From NCBI RefSeq assembly GCF_009914755.1, contig NC_060935.1: a stretch of DNA of 64,000 nt, one strand, 5' to 3'. Position numbers and translations under genes: made by a program. Positions 13,302 to 33,798 of this stretch are shown here, piece after piece; position 1 is the first letter of the stretch; every line of letters begins with the position of its first letter. The notes under the pieces were generated by a model, which did no database searches, was not told the origin of the DNA, and saw only the letters and a program-made list of their open reading frames with translations. This DNA comes from the human T2T-CHM13v2.0 reference genome, Homo sapiens.

Positions 13302-14734
13302 GTATGCTTTCTATTTCCTTTCTATACTACCTGACCTCTTTCTAGAAACTACAAATAAGGCTTTAGACAGCTTTCCTGTTTTTGGCAATTCTTACCTCCA
13401 CCTCTCCTAAGACAGGAAGAACTAAAGTTGTGAGCTATTTTTTTCAGTAACAAAAATTTCACCTGAAAGGTCAAAGCTTTTTGAAGATTGTGAAACCTTT
13501 GGTCTTAAATGAAATAAAGATGTGCTCTCCCCCTTAACAATTCATCACAGGATTGATTCTTAGGTAATTGTCTCAAGTGGAGCCATTGTAAGTCAACTCT
13601 GTTTCCTAGAGGTACAGTCTTGTAAACTGAAATTATTTTTGAGGGACACATAAAATACCTATTAATCATAAAAATCATAAAAATATCAGAATTGATCACA
13701 AAAATAAGGCTGTCTTGCCTGGTATTAAAGGTTACTGAGGCTGAACCAAGTTTCAGTGGATTTGAGTGAACTAATGTCAAGGCCTTCCCACATGTAGAAT
13801 AAGATGCAAAGCCTAGGCTGAAAATCTATGCAGGCTTCAGTGAACTATTCTAAAGAAAATAAAAGAAAATCCATTTTTTTGCTTTTAAAAATATTTATTA
13901 TGTAAATTAAACCCTTAATACTAAAGATATATTGTAAATGTTTCTTCTGAGGCATTTTCCACATGGGCTGGATTGAAAAAGGCTTCATGCTAGTCTGTTG
14001 ATGTTTATTTAGAGGAAAACTTTTTTCTTTCTAGTTAACATTTCTGGATAGGCATAGGTATCCTTTGTTTCTCGAAGGATGTTTGAAATATGTTCAAAAT
14101 CAGGAAGTTTTTTTTTTTTTTTTTTAAACACTCATTCCTGATTTAACATGCAAGAATATATCAAAGTCAATGCCTAATTTTACAGAAGGGGCAGTTTCCA
14201 CGGAGGTTTGGTTGTTGATGTTTAACTATTGTTTACTGTCTTTAGGTGGTCATAAACATGTTTTATGGTCATTAGTGTTGGGGGAGGATGGCTTATTTAT
14301 AATCAGACAGAAGTTAAAGTGACTAGGTAAAGTTGGTTTAGGGATGGTGACTATCTGTACATTGGTTGTATAAACCTCTACTCTAGCTTCTTCAGCTGCT
14401 TGAATTTGAGAGGTTTTGGTAATTGGAAGAAATGAACATTTTTATTCTGCTTTCAAGCATCACACTACTCCGTGAAGGGATTGCTTCTCAAGCACACTAT
14501 TAACCAGCAGATGTTGCAGATTCTTTACTTATTTGGTTTAAGTGAGATCAGAGGTCTAGAGGGATCACATCCTCCAGGGAGAGGTTCTCTAACTTTAATA
14601 CCCTGAGTGGCTCTGAATTTCTATAATGAGAGCAGCAAAGGGACTCCAGTTGGATTAGAAGGGAGAGCTAAGGACTTGTCAGGAAGCTACATTTGTAGAG
14701 GAAGCACACTGTTTTGGGTTTTGGGTGATTTGGG

Positions 14735-14895
14735 GGAGGGAACCTTGTTAAAAATGCAGATTTCTGGATCTCCCTCCCAATAGAGAATCTAATTCAGAAG
14801 GTCTTTGGTGGCATCTGGTGATCTGCATTTTAACCGACACCCCCAATGATTCTAATATAATTAATTTGAGGATAACACGTGGAGACAAATGGTTC
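14735..14895. mobile_element. MER5-type hAT-Charlie DNA element
   Basis: cttgttaaaaatgcagatttctgg...atctgcattttaac...tgattctaat. Confidence 0.6.
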
Positions 14896-15029
14896 TAGTC
14901 TGCATGTAATACATATGCAATATAAAATAAATTTCATAAGAGGGCACAAAAGTACATGTTTTGGGTGCTTTTGTGATGGTTTAAATTTTTCACTTCTTAC
15001 CAGTATGAGAACTCTGTATATTGACATAA

Positions 15030-15383
<354 letters not shown>

Positions 15384-16612
15384 CGTCAATCTTTTAAATT
15401 GCCTTTTTACCTTCTTCAGTATTTTCACATTGTTTTCTTTAAATATTTTTTTCAAGTTACATTTTTCAATTACCAGATTTATTTTAAAATATTGATAAAA
15501 ACATCTTACTAGTATGATTTTTCCAGAAATCAGATAACAAGCCTTCTTGTATTTGTGTATAAAAGATTACTGAGGCTGAACCAAGACTTGAATGAACTCG
15601 TCAAGACCTTCCCACACATAGAATGATGTGTGAAGCCTATGCTGAAAATCAACCTAGGCTTCAGCAATCTATTCTAATTACTGAAAAGGCCACCAGGGCT
15701 TTACAATTTTCATAATGCACAATCTGGGTCATTTAAAGGGAAAAGAAATTAAATAGTTGGTGCCAAGGCGAATTTTAGTTTGGGCCTAATTTGTTTTACA
15801 CTTCAGGAATGTGAGCAGAAGGCAAATATTTATATCAGATGGGAAATGTGACATTTTAAATAGTAAAGTTGCTTGTATAATTTTGGCAGCTGGGAGGTTT
15901 ACTGATTAGATTCCGTTGTTATTGTTTAAGCAACAGATTTGCTTGGGGCAACAAGGAAGTGGCTTGCATATTGTTTTTCTACCATTGACTTTATTTGTTC
16001 ACCCCATTCACTCTCATAAATATTCTCTAAGATTTAGGAGCATGATTCTTTTCTAATATTTGTTTTATCACTTGGCAGCCCAGGTGGAAAGATTGGAGAT
16101 GGTTTTTCAGTGGAGCCAACTCTATTAAGCAATGGTATTAAGCAGTTTTCTGAGGGTAGCGTCTGCCACAGAGTTTGGTGCACTGTGTTTATTTGACATC
16201 AAGTTAACCTATTCTTCCTTTTTTGAATTTGAGATAAGGTAGTTAACCTGGTGACTGTCATGCCTCAGACAAACTGGCCCATACTTTTACCCAGCACAAT
16301 TATTGTTTGGATCAGTTATTAGTTATTGTGCTGAGGACATTAGAATAGGAAGATTTTCTGTTCATCTTTATTTTTATGCTTCCTCGGTGGGCCCAGCCCA
16401 ACCTCTTTTCTGGTCAAGTGCAAGTAGCTCAAGAGACTTTTTTTTTTTTTTAATCTACTTCTGAGATTCATACTGTCTTACACACATCTCTTGGTCAGCG
16501 GGTGTACTTATGGTGTGGCTGATTGTATTGACTGAGAATGGGCACTGATTCCTGCTCAAAGGTTGGCAGCCTTGTTTGATTTTCATTTTCAGGTTCTCCA
16601 GTACTGTACTTC

Positions 16613-17014
16613 TGCCTTAGTCCATTTATGTTGCTGTAAAAGAATACCTGAGGCTGGGTAAAGAAAAGAGGTTTATTTGGCTCATGGTTCTGCAGGCTGT
16701 GCAAGAAGCATGGAGCCAGCGTGTGCTTCTGGGGAAGCCAAAGGGGAACCACATGTGCAGAAACTGCATGACGAGAGAGGAACCGAGAGAGAGGGAAAGA
16801 GGTGCCAGGCTCTTTTCAACAATCAGTTCTTTTGGGAACTAAGAGTGAGAACTCAGCGAAAACTCACTCACTCTGGAGAGAATGGCACCAAGCCGTTCCT
16901 GAGGGATCTACTCTGAAACCAAGCACCTCCCTCCAGTACCTACCTCCAACATTGGGGATCAAATTTCAACATAAGACTTGCTGAGGCCAAACAAACCATA
17001 TCCTAACCATAGCA
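16613..17014 (-). mobile_element. MST (MaLR) solo LTR, MSTB-like
   Basis: tgccttagtccatt...aaagaaaagaggtttatttggctcatggttctgcaggctg...ttggggatcaaatttcaacat...accatagca. Confidence 0.85.
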
Positions 17015-17369
17015 ATGTCCAGTCATTTTTAGTCCATTAATGAGCAAGTGCATACAAATGATCACATCGGTTACCTCTTTTTTTGAAAAAAAGTTCATTC
17101 CTAATTTGCAACTTTAAGCAGCTTTAGGCCACCCCTGAACGACTAGGGACTCTTATTCAACAAATATTTAAGAACTGTGGCTGAAATCCTGGTTCCTCAA
17201 GTCCTAGGCTACCCTGGTAGTTCTCCAACACCTTTAAATAGTTGATTTTTGTGATTTATCTAGCTTTTCTAGTTGTTGATGGTGGGAGGGTTGGACTGAC
17301 ATTAGCTAGACCAGCAGACTCCTGAAGATGTGGTATAGGAACCCCTCAGAAACCCTAAGGTTGGCAGGT

Positions 17370-18620
17370 CATGTGTTGATGTTTGCATTGAAGTTGGAAA
17401 AGCAATGATGGGTGAAGATGCTGGCACCTTAGTGTGAATCAAGTTTGTGGCACCAAATTATACTAGCAGTTGTGTCATCTTCACTGTCATAAATTTATAA
17501 TCAAAAACAAATGCCAGTTTCCACTGAAAATTTCTTGAAGTAGTAAAAATTATTAATTTTATTACATATTACATCTTTATTCTTAAGTATACCTCTTTTT
17601 AATGATTTTTGTGTCAAAATAGTAAGTGTTCATAAGGCACTTCTGTTACATACTGAAATACAGTGGTTGTGGAAAAACACTTGGGTGATTGAGTGGTGTG
17701 CTGAACTGGTTTATTTTTCTCTTTCATGAATCACCATTTTTATTGGAAAGAGTGACTGACAAACTATATTTCTCAAAAATGAATAAAGTGAGCCTGTCTC
17801 TTCAAGGCTAATAACTAATAGTATTCATTGCCAATGATAAAATTGGCAATGGATCAAGCGAAAATTAGATTTTTAGAGAACTCGTATCTAGTACTGTGAG
17901 CTTGACAGCTTCTCAATATTTAAAGGCTTTTCTGGCAAAATTGGTGATATTAACTAATGTGATTTTTATACTGTATAATGAAATATGTCAACATTTGGAA
18001 GATCTACATAACACAGTGAACCAATATTTTCCAAATGACCAATTAATAATGTTTACAAAATTATACATAGGGGAAAGATCCATTCAGTGTGCAAGATAGA
18101 CCAATGGATTTTAATGTAGCAGTACAAAAAATTCACTGACAAGTTTTCAGAATGCTCATGGAAAATAACCTTTGAAAAACTCTATGATTTTTCAGATCGT
18201 GGTGTAGTATCAAAGAAAAATATCCACAACTATATAAAAAGACTATTAAAATACTCCTCCCCTTTCCAACTACCTATCTATATGAGTCTGGATTTTCTTT
18301 ACTTCAACTAAAACAGTGTATTTCAAAAATTGAATGCAGAAACAAATAGGGAATCCAACTTTCTTCTGTTCAGCCAGATATTATAACAGATTCGAAAAAA
18401 TGTAAAATAATGCTTCTCAATATTTTCTATTTTTAGAAAATAGATTTTTAATAAAAATACTTATTTTAATATGTAATTTGATTATTAGTAATGATTCCAA
18501 TATACAAATATTGGAACACTTGTCAGTTTTAATTCCTGATATGGTGAGTGTTGATAGACATAACCCATGTAAACAAAAGATCTTTGAGATCTTCAATCAT
18601 TTTTAAGAATAAGAACTACT
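17370..18620 (+). mobile_element. Charlie1-type hAT DNA transposon remnant
   Basis: Decayed transposase-like segment (ORF 17896: ...ICQHLEDLHNTVNQYFPNDQ) and Charlie1-like end gatagacataacccatgtaaacaaaag. Confidence 0.75.
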
Positions 18621-18661
18621 GACAAGACTATCATAGCTGGAAGCTCTATTTAGAAGTTGCC

Positions 18662-22202
<3,541 letters not shown>

Positions 22203-23839
22203 AGAAGTGATCTGGACGGCTAAAGTGTTTTTTATCTATATCCTTTTTGTATTAGGATGCCCAGACTTTCAGGAAATGTTGGCCATTTTATGTGGTAACA
22301 AATGAACAGACTGGTTAATTTTATAAATATGCCAGGCAGATTTAATATTATTGTATATAAATTTTCAGATGTCAAGTAGATTGCTCACTTTGTACCAGTG
22401 TGTTAGATTACATGGCTGTAGTCTTTGACTTGCTGATCATTGACAAAATACAGAGACAAATGGCATGAATAGCTACTTTTTAAATAGTAGAATTTCTAAA
22501 CACGTGGTTGAGAAAGAAGAGATTAAAATACTTCAACCAGTCTTGCCGTCCAACCTCAAGATTCATTTTTGAAAGTGGCCCTGATTCTATGATGCCAAGA
22601 TGGTTGCATTTCATTAAGATGAAAACAAAGCCTTTGATTGTTTTAGAAACAACACCTATATGATCAGATTAAGTCTCTTAAAGCATTTCTGTTTCAGAAA
22701 GTTATACAGAGAACTTCAGAAATTTCATTTCCTACCATGAGTGAATACAGTATTTTTTTTCTCCTGAGAGAATATGAGTATATATATATAACCCACCCAC
22801 GATTGTAAAAGGCTAAATGATTGCAGTACTTTTCTTTATAACATATGCCTTGCCAGGCTCTTTTCATTCATATTGTTTTTGCCCTTTTATAAATCTGTCA
22901 TCTTTAGAGTTAGAGCCATTCAATTTTTTCTTGATTATTCTTTGATTGATTTTATATATGAAAGTCTTATTCCTGTAACGTTTAGTTTTTGAGGGTAAGG
23001 GCTATAGTCATTTTACATCATCCACAACATCTTATTGGCAGGCAGACTCGATACTTGCTGTTGAGTTTAAAAGTTGAGGTGTACAAAATTCCTTTTCTAT
23101 CTCCAAGTATTTGTTGGGAATTCACTATGTATAAGGTGCTATGTTAGGCACTAATAGATATGCATTGGTGCATTTCGCTTTTATTCTGAAGAAACAAATG
23201 ACAAGAATTTAAGATGTGGAGAATACTGAGTCTTGTTATTTTGAAAGAATTGTTCCCATGGCAGTAGAATTATTATGAAAGAAACCATTTTTGTTGAAAA
23301 TCCTACCTTGGCAAATAGGTTAGAGAAGTGAAGTTTCAGTAAAGAAATTGCAGAGTTGTCCTCCTCACTGCACAATACTGTCAGCCAGAATGATGATTTT
23401 AAATAGCGCTGAAAGCAGAATTGATTTTGATTTCACATTTGAACTGACGTTTGCGCTGTCAGCCAATGGGTCAGGTAGATAATGGTTTTCATGTCGAGAG
23501 GCCCAAGCCTGTCTCTTGCTGCTTTCCTTGTTCGTGGGTCCCTCACCAGATTTGTACCAGTCCTAGGCTGTTACACGAGGACGCTCAGTGAGGGAGTTTG
23601 GCTTTGAACTCATAAATAGGTGCATTAGAAAACCAGTCTTCCCACCAACCTCATTGAATTTTAAAATGTTGTTTCTCTGGGTGTGAAATGTTTGGGAAAT
23701 GTACTTAATGTTGCCTAACCATGCTAATGTGTTATAGTAGTGACATTTGTTGGTTCTAAGTTTGAGTGTTTAATTTGATCCAGTAAAATAAAATATGTAA
23801 CAAAAATGCTTATTTAAAGAAAGTTCGTAATGTGACATT

Positions 23840-24030
23840 GTAGGATAAGAGCATGGGCTCTGTATGTAGATAGACTGTCCAGCTCTGCCGTTTTTAGCTG
23901 TGGGATATTGAGTGAGGCTACTGTCTCTTAGCTCATTGTCTGTAAAATGGGAAATAATAGAGCTTTGGGAGTATTAGCTGAGCTAAAGCACATAAAATGA
24001 TGAGTATGTAAGTGTTGGCTATTATTATTG
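23840..24030 (+). mobile_element. MIR SINE
   Basis: taagagcatgggctctg...agctctgcc...tagctgtg...tctgtaaaatgggaaataata. Confidence 0.7.
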
Positions 24031-25199
24031 TTTTTATTTCTGCTAATTAATGAAATCATAGTCTAAGATTTCAGTAATTAGTCATAGCAGAATTGCCTTC
24101 TTTGCCATTTCCCCTCCACAATTCTGTTTCCAGGCTGTCTGTGTTCTCTGTTGCTGGAGTCATAAGAATTTTGTAATTATATTTTTTTGTGAAGGGGATA
24201 TCTATAGTGTTGAGGGATTCATTTCAAATAAGTTTCAGTTTTTGAATATCAATACCTGCTCAATTATCTCCCTATACATGCTGCCATTTGCAGCAGTCAA
24301 GTCATGCTTGTTATTAATCACTTCCACTGAGAAGTTAATTAGTGCCTTAATTAGGATCATCTTTGAGAAGTAGGCAGCATCATCCAGAGTCCGCTCCAAG
24401 TTATTGGCTAGCTCCAGCAAGCCCTTCTGGTCCTATGAAAACAGGCTGAGGAGGAACCTGTTCTGCTTCTAATTGTTTTTTTGTCCTCCTTAAAGAAAGC
24501 TGTGGAAGATCATCAGTTGTCTGTGATGCATCCATGTACTATCATACCTGCAAAAATCAGGAGACATATCTGCTTATAATGGATCAATCAGAAAACCAAG
24601 ATGGGTTATTGAATTCTTGAGATTGTGCTTAACAAGCAGGAAACATGTTGCTGCTGTTCTTTGCAAGTGTTGAAAATTAGACCATGCATTCTGAATATGA
24701 CAGAATATTTCACTTTTCTGCTGAAAGTTAAAGTACTTTCCTTCTGGCATTACTGTTTTTTAATATATATTTTTGAAATATTGCCATATTGTTACAGGAT
24801 GAAATCAGTACTCCATTTTCTTTCTCTTTATCCCTCCAGGAAAATATGGGAAAATGAAGCAAAAGTAACATCTTATCACCTTATTTTCATATAAAAGTAG
24901 AAATTGAGTTGAGAATAAAAGGGACAGTCAGGTTACTCCAAAAACAGTACTCCTCCAGACATTTTGGGGGGACTCTTACGTTTGCAACGATAAAATAAAA
25001 ATAAATGCACTAATGGCTTCTATTATGAGGAAAGGGCAATCCCTTGAGTCCAGTTCCCAAAGGAGGACAGGCATTGTGAAATGGATCTACATTACATGAG
25101 CATATTTGCTTCATTTTCTTCGACTTCTGGGCATTTAAATGATTTAGGTAAATTGTGAACTTTGCGAAAGGCTCAGTTGAAATGTTTTGTATCCAACAG

Positions 25200-25339
25200 A
25201 TTTGCTGCTGCTTCCAGGAGAAGTGGAGCAGGATGTAAGCACCAGCATTCCTTCCTGTATCCCTTTTGTGGCCCAGCCTCCTACCTGTGAAGTGAAGCCA
25301 AAGCCCAGTGTTAAAAGAATGGACAAACAGACGGAAGAG
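25200..25339 (+). CDS. IFTAP: IFTAP coding exon (probably exon 5): (D)[10 protein letters not shown]...MDKQTEE
   Basis: Acceptor caacag|AT and donor GAG|gtactc; 140 nt, phase 1 to 0; lies within ORF-track entry 25187..25432. Confidence 0.95.
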
Positions 25340-25689
25340 GTACTCCACAGGGAATTCAGTCATTCTCCACACTGCCTTGATTTTGTAATTCATCCCTTCA
25401 AAGAAATGCTGTATGCTTCTGTATTTTTCTAACATTTGGGAAAATATAAAATTCAAGTTGCTTAATTGGTCCCTCTCACAGCCATCTATCTCAAATGCAT
25501 ACATTTCTTTTTAAACACATAGAGCAATTATGTTTTTATGTGGAAACCATTTTTGTTTTACAGTGTATGCCATGCCACAGATCAGTGCTACCCAAGGACT
25601 ACACAATAGAAAGGACGGACAGTTTTCTTGCCCTTTTTAGTTTGAACTGGCCGTTTTTATTATTACTGATAAGGTTCTATAAACTTTTG

Positions 25690-26063
25690 AATTAGTTGAG
25701 GTAAGGCCAGGCTGCTATAACAGAGAATCCTAATAATAATTCAATGGCTGAAAAGAGATAGATGTTTATTTCTCTTATTTACAGCCTATATAGAGCCCTT
25801 AAAATGAGCAGGTGGCTCCTTTTTGGGGGGTCATCAGGGACCCAGGTTCCTTCTTTCTGGATGTCCATTATATTTTAGGACATTGTCCTCACCTGCGTGT
25901 TCCAGGTCAGGTCATCATCGTACCTGGAGGGGAGGAGAGAAGAACATGGGGGCAGCATGTTTCCCCAAGGCTTAGGACTCAGGGTCCTTAATGTCGGCTC
26001 ACATTCCATTGGTGACCACTTAGTCACATGTTCATACTGGCCACAGGGGAGGCTGAGAAATGT
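25690..26063 (-). mobile_element. Ancient MaLR LTR (MLT1-like)
   Basis: gctgctataacag...tcagggacccagg...gctcacattccattgg...cttagtcacatg...gggaggctgagaaatgt. Confidence 0.65.
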
Positions 26064-27064
26064 CACCTAGAGATGAAAATGGAATCTATGCCATATATTT
26101 ACTCTTGCAAATGTGCAACTTGAAAGTCATCTTTAGCTATCATTTTGCAGCTCTTCTACATATGCTTAATAAACATGTATCAATAGAGACTGTTGCTAGT
26201 GCTGGTAGTGACCTTTCTCACCCTCCTTACTGGAACACAAAGCAGGATCAGGCACAAGAAGTTGTTAAGGGCTCTTTATTATTGCTTTCTAACAAAATCC
26301 TTAGGGTCTTTTTGGATTATTTAATCATGAGGTACTAGTCTTGTTACTAAAAGATATTCTGTTATAGAATTAGCCATTCAGTCATAAATAATCCACACAT
26401 TTCAGTTTTAAATTGCCACTTTCTAATAAGTACTTTTGTTCACTGACATCATGAAAGTATATCCAGGATGCGTGCAGGCTTATATTAAACTCCCAAATTG
26501 ATTACTGGCTAAACTGGTAGGGACAGCCACTTTTCAATATGCTTTTTGAATTATAGATTGCTTTCTCTGAGTTGTAAAAAGCTAAAATTATAAGACTATT
26601 TCTAGAAGGACTCAATTTCTTTTTTAAGATTTGTTCATGCTGTTGACTTCACTTGTGGCCATAAAAGTTATTGGACCAGCCAGTAGACATGGCACCTAGT
26701 ACTTTTATAGAAATACAATTTTATTTCAGTACAATTTGAGAATATATATAATCTAGTACAATTATAGAAATTGTTACAAAGTGGTTTTAATTAATGGGTT
26801 AAAAAAACTGAATGATTTCTGGAATCTATCAAATAGCAGTATAAATCAAGTTGAGACCCCATATATGGTGGTATATTTAAGAGGAATATAAATTTCCTAC
26901 CAGACATGTGGACATTTTAAAATGTTGGAATCAAAATGATACAAGCCACAGATGAACAACTTCTGCTGTTTTTTGAATATCTGAAGTAACATCTTGGTTG
27001 GGAATTTTTATTTCTAATTACTATTTTTTAGAGTAACTTTTCACAACCGTCTAGAATCACAATA

Positions 27065-27281
27065 CAGGTTGAACATTCCTAATGGGAAAATCCAAAATGC
27101 TCCAAAATTTGAAACTTTTTGAGGGCTGACATGATGCTCAAAGGCAATGCTCATTGGAGCATTATGGATTTCAGATTTGGGGATTAGGGATGCTCAACTC
27201 GTATATATTCTGCAACCCTTCCAAAATCTGAAATCCAAAACACTTCATCCCAAGCATTTTGGAGAAGAGATATTCAACCTG
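27065..27281. mobile_element. Tigger4a (Zombi)-type MITE
   Basis: Terminal inverted repeats CAGGTTGAA...TTCAACCTG flanked by TA duplications. Confidence 0.85.
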
Positions 27282-27554
27282 TACTGTACCAACACTGCCT
27301 TGGTTTGATAACATTCATCTTAAAGCACCCAGTGCTAGTAAAAGAACATAATCATTAGTTTATAGCAAATGGGTCCTGAAGGGCTTACTGAAAGGCCATT
27401 TTGGGATTAGAGATGATGGTTTCTTTCTGTGATTTCAATCTGAAAAGCTGAAAATGTATTCTGGATGTCCTTCCTAACTTTCTCTTAATTGCCTATTAAG
27501 ATTCCATCAACTTTCTGATATGAATTGGACCAACTCAATGTTTTACCTAATTTT

Positions 27555-27690
27555 GTTTTTTTTAATTTTTAAATTAACATATAATAATTGTATGTATTTA
27601 TGGGGTATAGTGTGATATTTTGGTACTATATATGTGTATGATCAAATCAGGGTAATTAGCATATCCATCACTTCAAACATTTAACATTTA
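27555..27690 (-). mobile_element. L1MA 3' end fragment
   Basis: taattgtatgtatttatggggta...tgatcaaatcagggtaattagcatatccatcac. Confidence 0.7.
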
Positions 27691-27729
27691 TTTGGTTCAG
27701 ATTTTTTCCCTAATTTTACCACTGGTTCT

Positions 27730-29999
<2,270 letters not shown>

Positions 30000-31149
30000 A
30001 TTTTACCACTGGTTCTACACACATACATAATTGTATATAGAATTATGTGTATAGAATTACCTTGCCTTAGTTACTTTATTTTGATGAACTTTGGAAGTTT
30101 GAAGCTGCTTCAAGCTGCTTTGTTCTGTAGACAGAACAAAGAGAGTTGTTATTAGGAGGATGAAAATTTGTGATACCCACCCTCTCCCCGTGAAAACTGT
30201 AGGAGAGGTCATAGAAGAAACTTGTGTGGTATTTTAATAGGAGCTCTCCTGTTTTTCCAATTCATAATAGGACTCTAAAAATTTTCACCTATAAAGACAG
30301 TTTATTTACCATATTACTTTGTATAGTAGCCTACAGCTAAATGCTGCCATTATTGATGTAAGCATTAGTTCTATTTTCTTTAGTTTGCCTATGTGGTACT
30401 ATGAATGAAAACAATCTCTCCATCAACAGTGTCTCTGTTAGAATAAGTCACATGAGAAATTTTAAGGGGACTCAAAGTTTTCCAATAGTGTACAAATTTT
30501 ATTCCCTGAGAGGCTACAAAAAAGTTTCAATTAGATTTGAAATTAGACACCTGAAATCCACATATTTCTTTCAGCTCCTTAGGCAAAAATAACAAGTTAA
30601 TAACTTAATTCATGGTTGTTTTTGTTTAGCAGCAGGGGACTTGGTGTTCCATTGCACAAAGTCTTTACTGAAATAAATCATAATTTCAGTTTGTAATCTA
30701 AAAACCTTGGCATCTTATAGCTTTGAACTCTAACACGAACTGAACTTGAAAGAAGAGAATTTCCAAAGTATGCCACAACAGCCAATAACTGAAATATATA
30801 CATAGAAATGCAACCTTTCTGTATTTGAAAAGCTGTCATTTAGAAGACCGCAGTGATATCTTCTGAATTGCGGTATGCCCCTACCTGGGCTCACTTTGAA
30901 TTACTTATGTGTCTCCTGTCTTGGAAGACTAAATTCACTCATGCATGTCATCATAAGCTTATGTAATTAACATGCAAAGTCAGAACTAGTGCCGAGCTCA
31001 GTGCCATGCATATAGTAGGCATACAGTAAACATTTATTAAATGAACACATAAATAAACAATAAACCTCACCACTAAATGGGAGTGATTTTCTGGTATACA
31101 GTAACAACGTGGTTGGGGTCATTCTGTCTTTTCTATTTGTTCATTCCCG

Positions 31150-32735
31150 TCAACATGTAAACGTGTTTAAGTCTTTCCTATCCTTAACAAAATGAAACAA
31201 AACAAGGAAAACAAGCTTCCCTTCATCTTGGACCCCTCTTTGGTTACTGTCTGTTCTTATGTCTCTCTTTTCATCCAGAATTGAAAAGCTATTAGACTCT
31301 TCAATATATTGTAAAATATCCTTGGCTTCAATTGCCTGCTTGGATGTTTTCAGAATGAAGGCGTCAATTGCTTTATGATTGCCAAATCCAGCGGACACTT
31401 TCCAGTCTTCCTTTTAATGGATCTCTCTACCGTGTTTGACACCATTGACCTTCCTCTGGCACTCTTGCTTCATTGGTTCTCACTTCACTTTTCTCCTGTG
31501 ATTCTTTATTTTATTTTATTTTATTTTTTTATTTTTTATTATACTTTAAGTTCTAGGGTACATGTGCACAATGTGCAGGTTTGTTACACATGTATACATG
31601 TGCCATGTTGGTGTGCTGCACAGGAGCCCAAATGTCCATCAATGATCTCCTGTGATTCTTTATGTATTTCTCAAATTGTGTTTTCCCCGACTCCTTTGGG
31701 TTTTCTCTCCATCCATCCCTTATGAGTTGGTGTTCCTTTGCATTCTGTGCTTAACCTATAGTTCTTCCCAGCCTACATACTTGAATCCGTCTTCATCTCC
31801 AAATTGGTATCTCTAGCTTCACACCTTTTTTTTCAGTTTCAAGTTTGTATATTCAATTCATCTAGATTCCTTCAGGTACATTCAGATTGAACTCTGCTTA
31901 TCTTTACCTGCTTCCCTTTCTGCATTCTTCCTTTTTTTTACATTTCCATATCCAGTCACTTATCGAGTGCTGCCAATTTCACTTTCTACGGATTTTTCAA
32001 ATCTCTGCTACCAGTCCCCTGTTCTCATGATCTCTTACTGAACCGCTTTAGCAGGTTCCTGAGTACTCTTCTGGCTCCAGGCTTATCCCACTCAAATCTA
32101 CCTTCTGTTTAACCTTCATAGTGACCTGTCTCATATAATTTCCAACAGGGCAGGGCATTTTTTTTCTTCTTTTTTACTCCAGCACCTGTCTCATTGTAGG
32201 TACTTAATAAAAATTTAATGGATGAAGGAATTTATCTGAAATGCATAGATGACCAAATGTTTTCCCTGCTTTCAAAAAATTCTTCAGTGACTTTTCATCA
32301 TCTCTAGGATGATTTGGCACCATATTTGTCTCTTGCTACTCTCCGACTTACACTTTGTGCTCTGACAATGCTCACCTACTTTCAGACTCACAAATATGAA
32401 ATTCTGCATCTTATTTCCATGGTCTGCTCATGGAAACTCCCCGTCAGCAAAGCTCTCCTTTGTCAACTTGTAAACTAATGTTTACCCTTTAAGAGTCAGC
32501 TCAGATATCACCTGTTCCAAGACGCCTTCTCTGATTCCTTCCCAATCCCCTCCAACTTAGTCTGGGTCAGGTATTCCTTCTGTGTTCCCATCACCCTGTT
32601 CTTACCACATTTTACTCTAATGATTTGTTTATGTGTTTATCTCATTGTTTGTGATTTCATATAGGTCTTCATCTTTGTATCCCCAGCACCTAACACAGTG
32701 ACTAGAATTTAATAGGAATATAGAGTTTGTGGAAA
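31150..32735 (+). mobile_element. Fragmented L2 LINE region
   Basis: tgccaaatccagcggacactt...tttgacaccattgacc; L2 tail catctttgtatccccagcacctaacacagtg. Confidence 0.6.
31510..31645 (-). mobile_element. Very short L1PA insertion with a 22-nt inverted piece
   Basis: L1 3' end and tail; 18-bp TSD TCTCCTGTGATTCTTTAT at 31492 and 31646. Confidence 0.9.
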
Positions 32736-33472
32736 GAATGTAAAATATCTCAATGATTGCAGGAGGCTATTCCTCTGACATTTCGACTCAGGGATGTACT
32801 GGCCACATTACAGTATATCTCCAAAATGGTTTAGAGTGTCCTGAATGTCATGTTTTGGCATTGCAAATGTGACGTTATTACTATTTTTTATTTCTTGCTT
32901 TAGTATCTCAGTATCTAACTGATTGCCTAGAAAATCTAATAGCTGCTGTTGATAACCCTTAATTTCTTAGTGAAGAAATTTATATTTTTAATTATATTTT
33001 TATACATTGAAGGATATTATAAATGAATAATCTTTGTGTTAACATTATCTTTACTGACTTGCTGAAAACTTTATTCCATGTTATTGTTATGGTTAGTACC
33101 AAGTGACTGATGAAGAAAATCATCCTCCATGACAGAGAAGAATGTAAATGTATTTTAAAAAAACTTAAAGGAAAATAAGATGTTTCTATTTTTAAGAATA
33201 AATTTCTACATCTCTAGTACCATAAGTTTGGATATTATAGCCACAAGGTAGTTTGAGACCTCAGGGAAGGGAGAATCTTAAGAAGGCAATGGGTTGGGCC
33301 GTATCTATAACCAACTTGGCCGTGGGAGCCCTGATCAGAGTTTAGAAGTAAGTCCGAAATACAGGCCTTACTTTATCTGGGTTGCTAGGATGAGGTAGGT
33401 AATAAGTGAAGTGATGTGTGGGGAGGCTAGTAGGATTTTCTGGAGACTGGCAAAACTCAATCAAGAGTAAGA

Positions 33473-33798
<326 letters not shown>

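Noticed and set aside
23383-23458. C/D-box snoRNA-like pattern (ATGATGA...CTGA...CTGA) in the sense intron
   Set aside because: The terminal stem is weak and mispositioned, the C' box is poor and I recognise no rRNA/snRNA guide complement. Such motifs arise by chance; snoRNA software or small-RNA data would be needed.
25010-25504. 164-aa minus-strand ORF overlapping the IFTAP exon
   Set aside because: No recognisable protein similarity; explained as an antisense shadow of the real exon.
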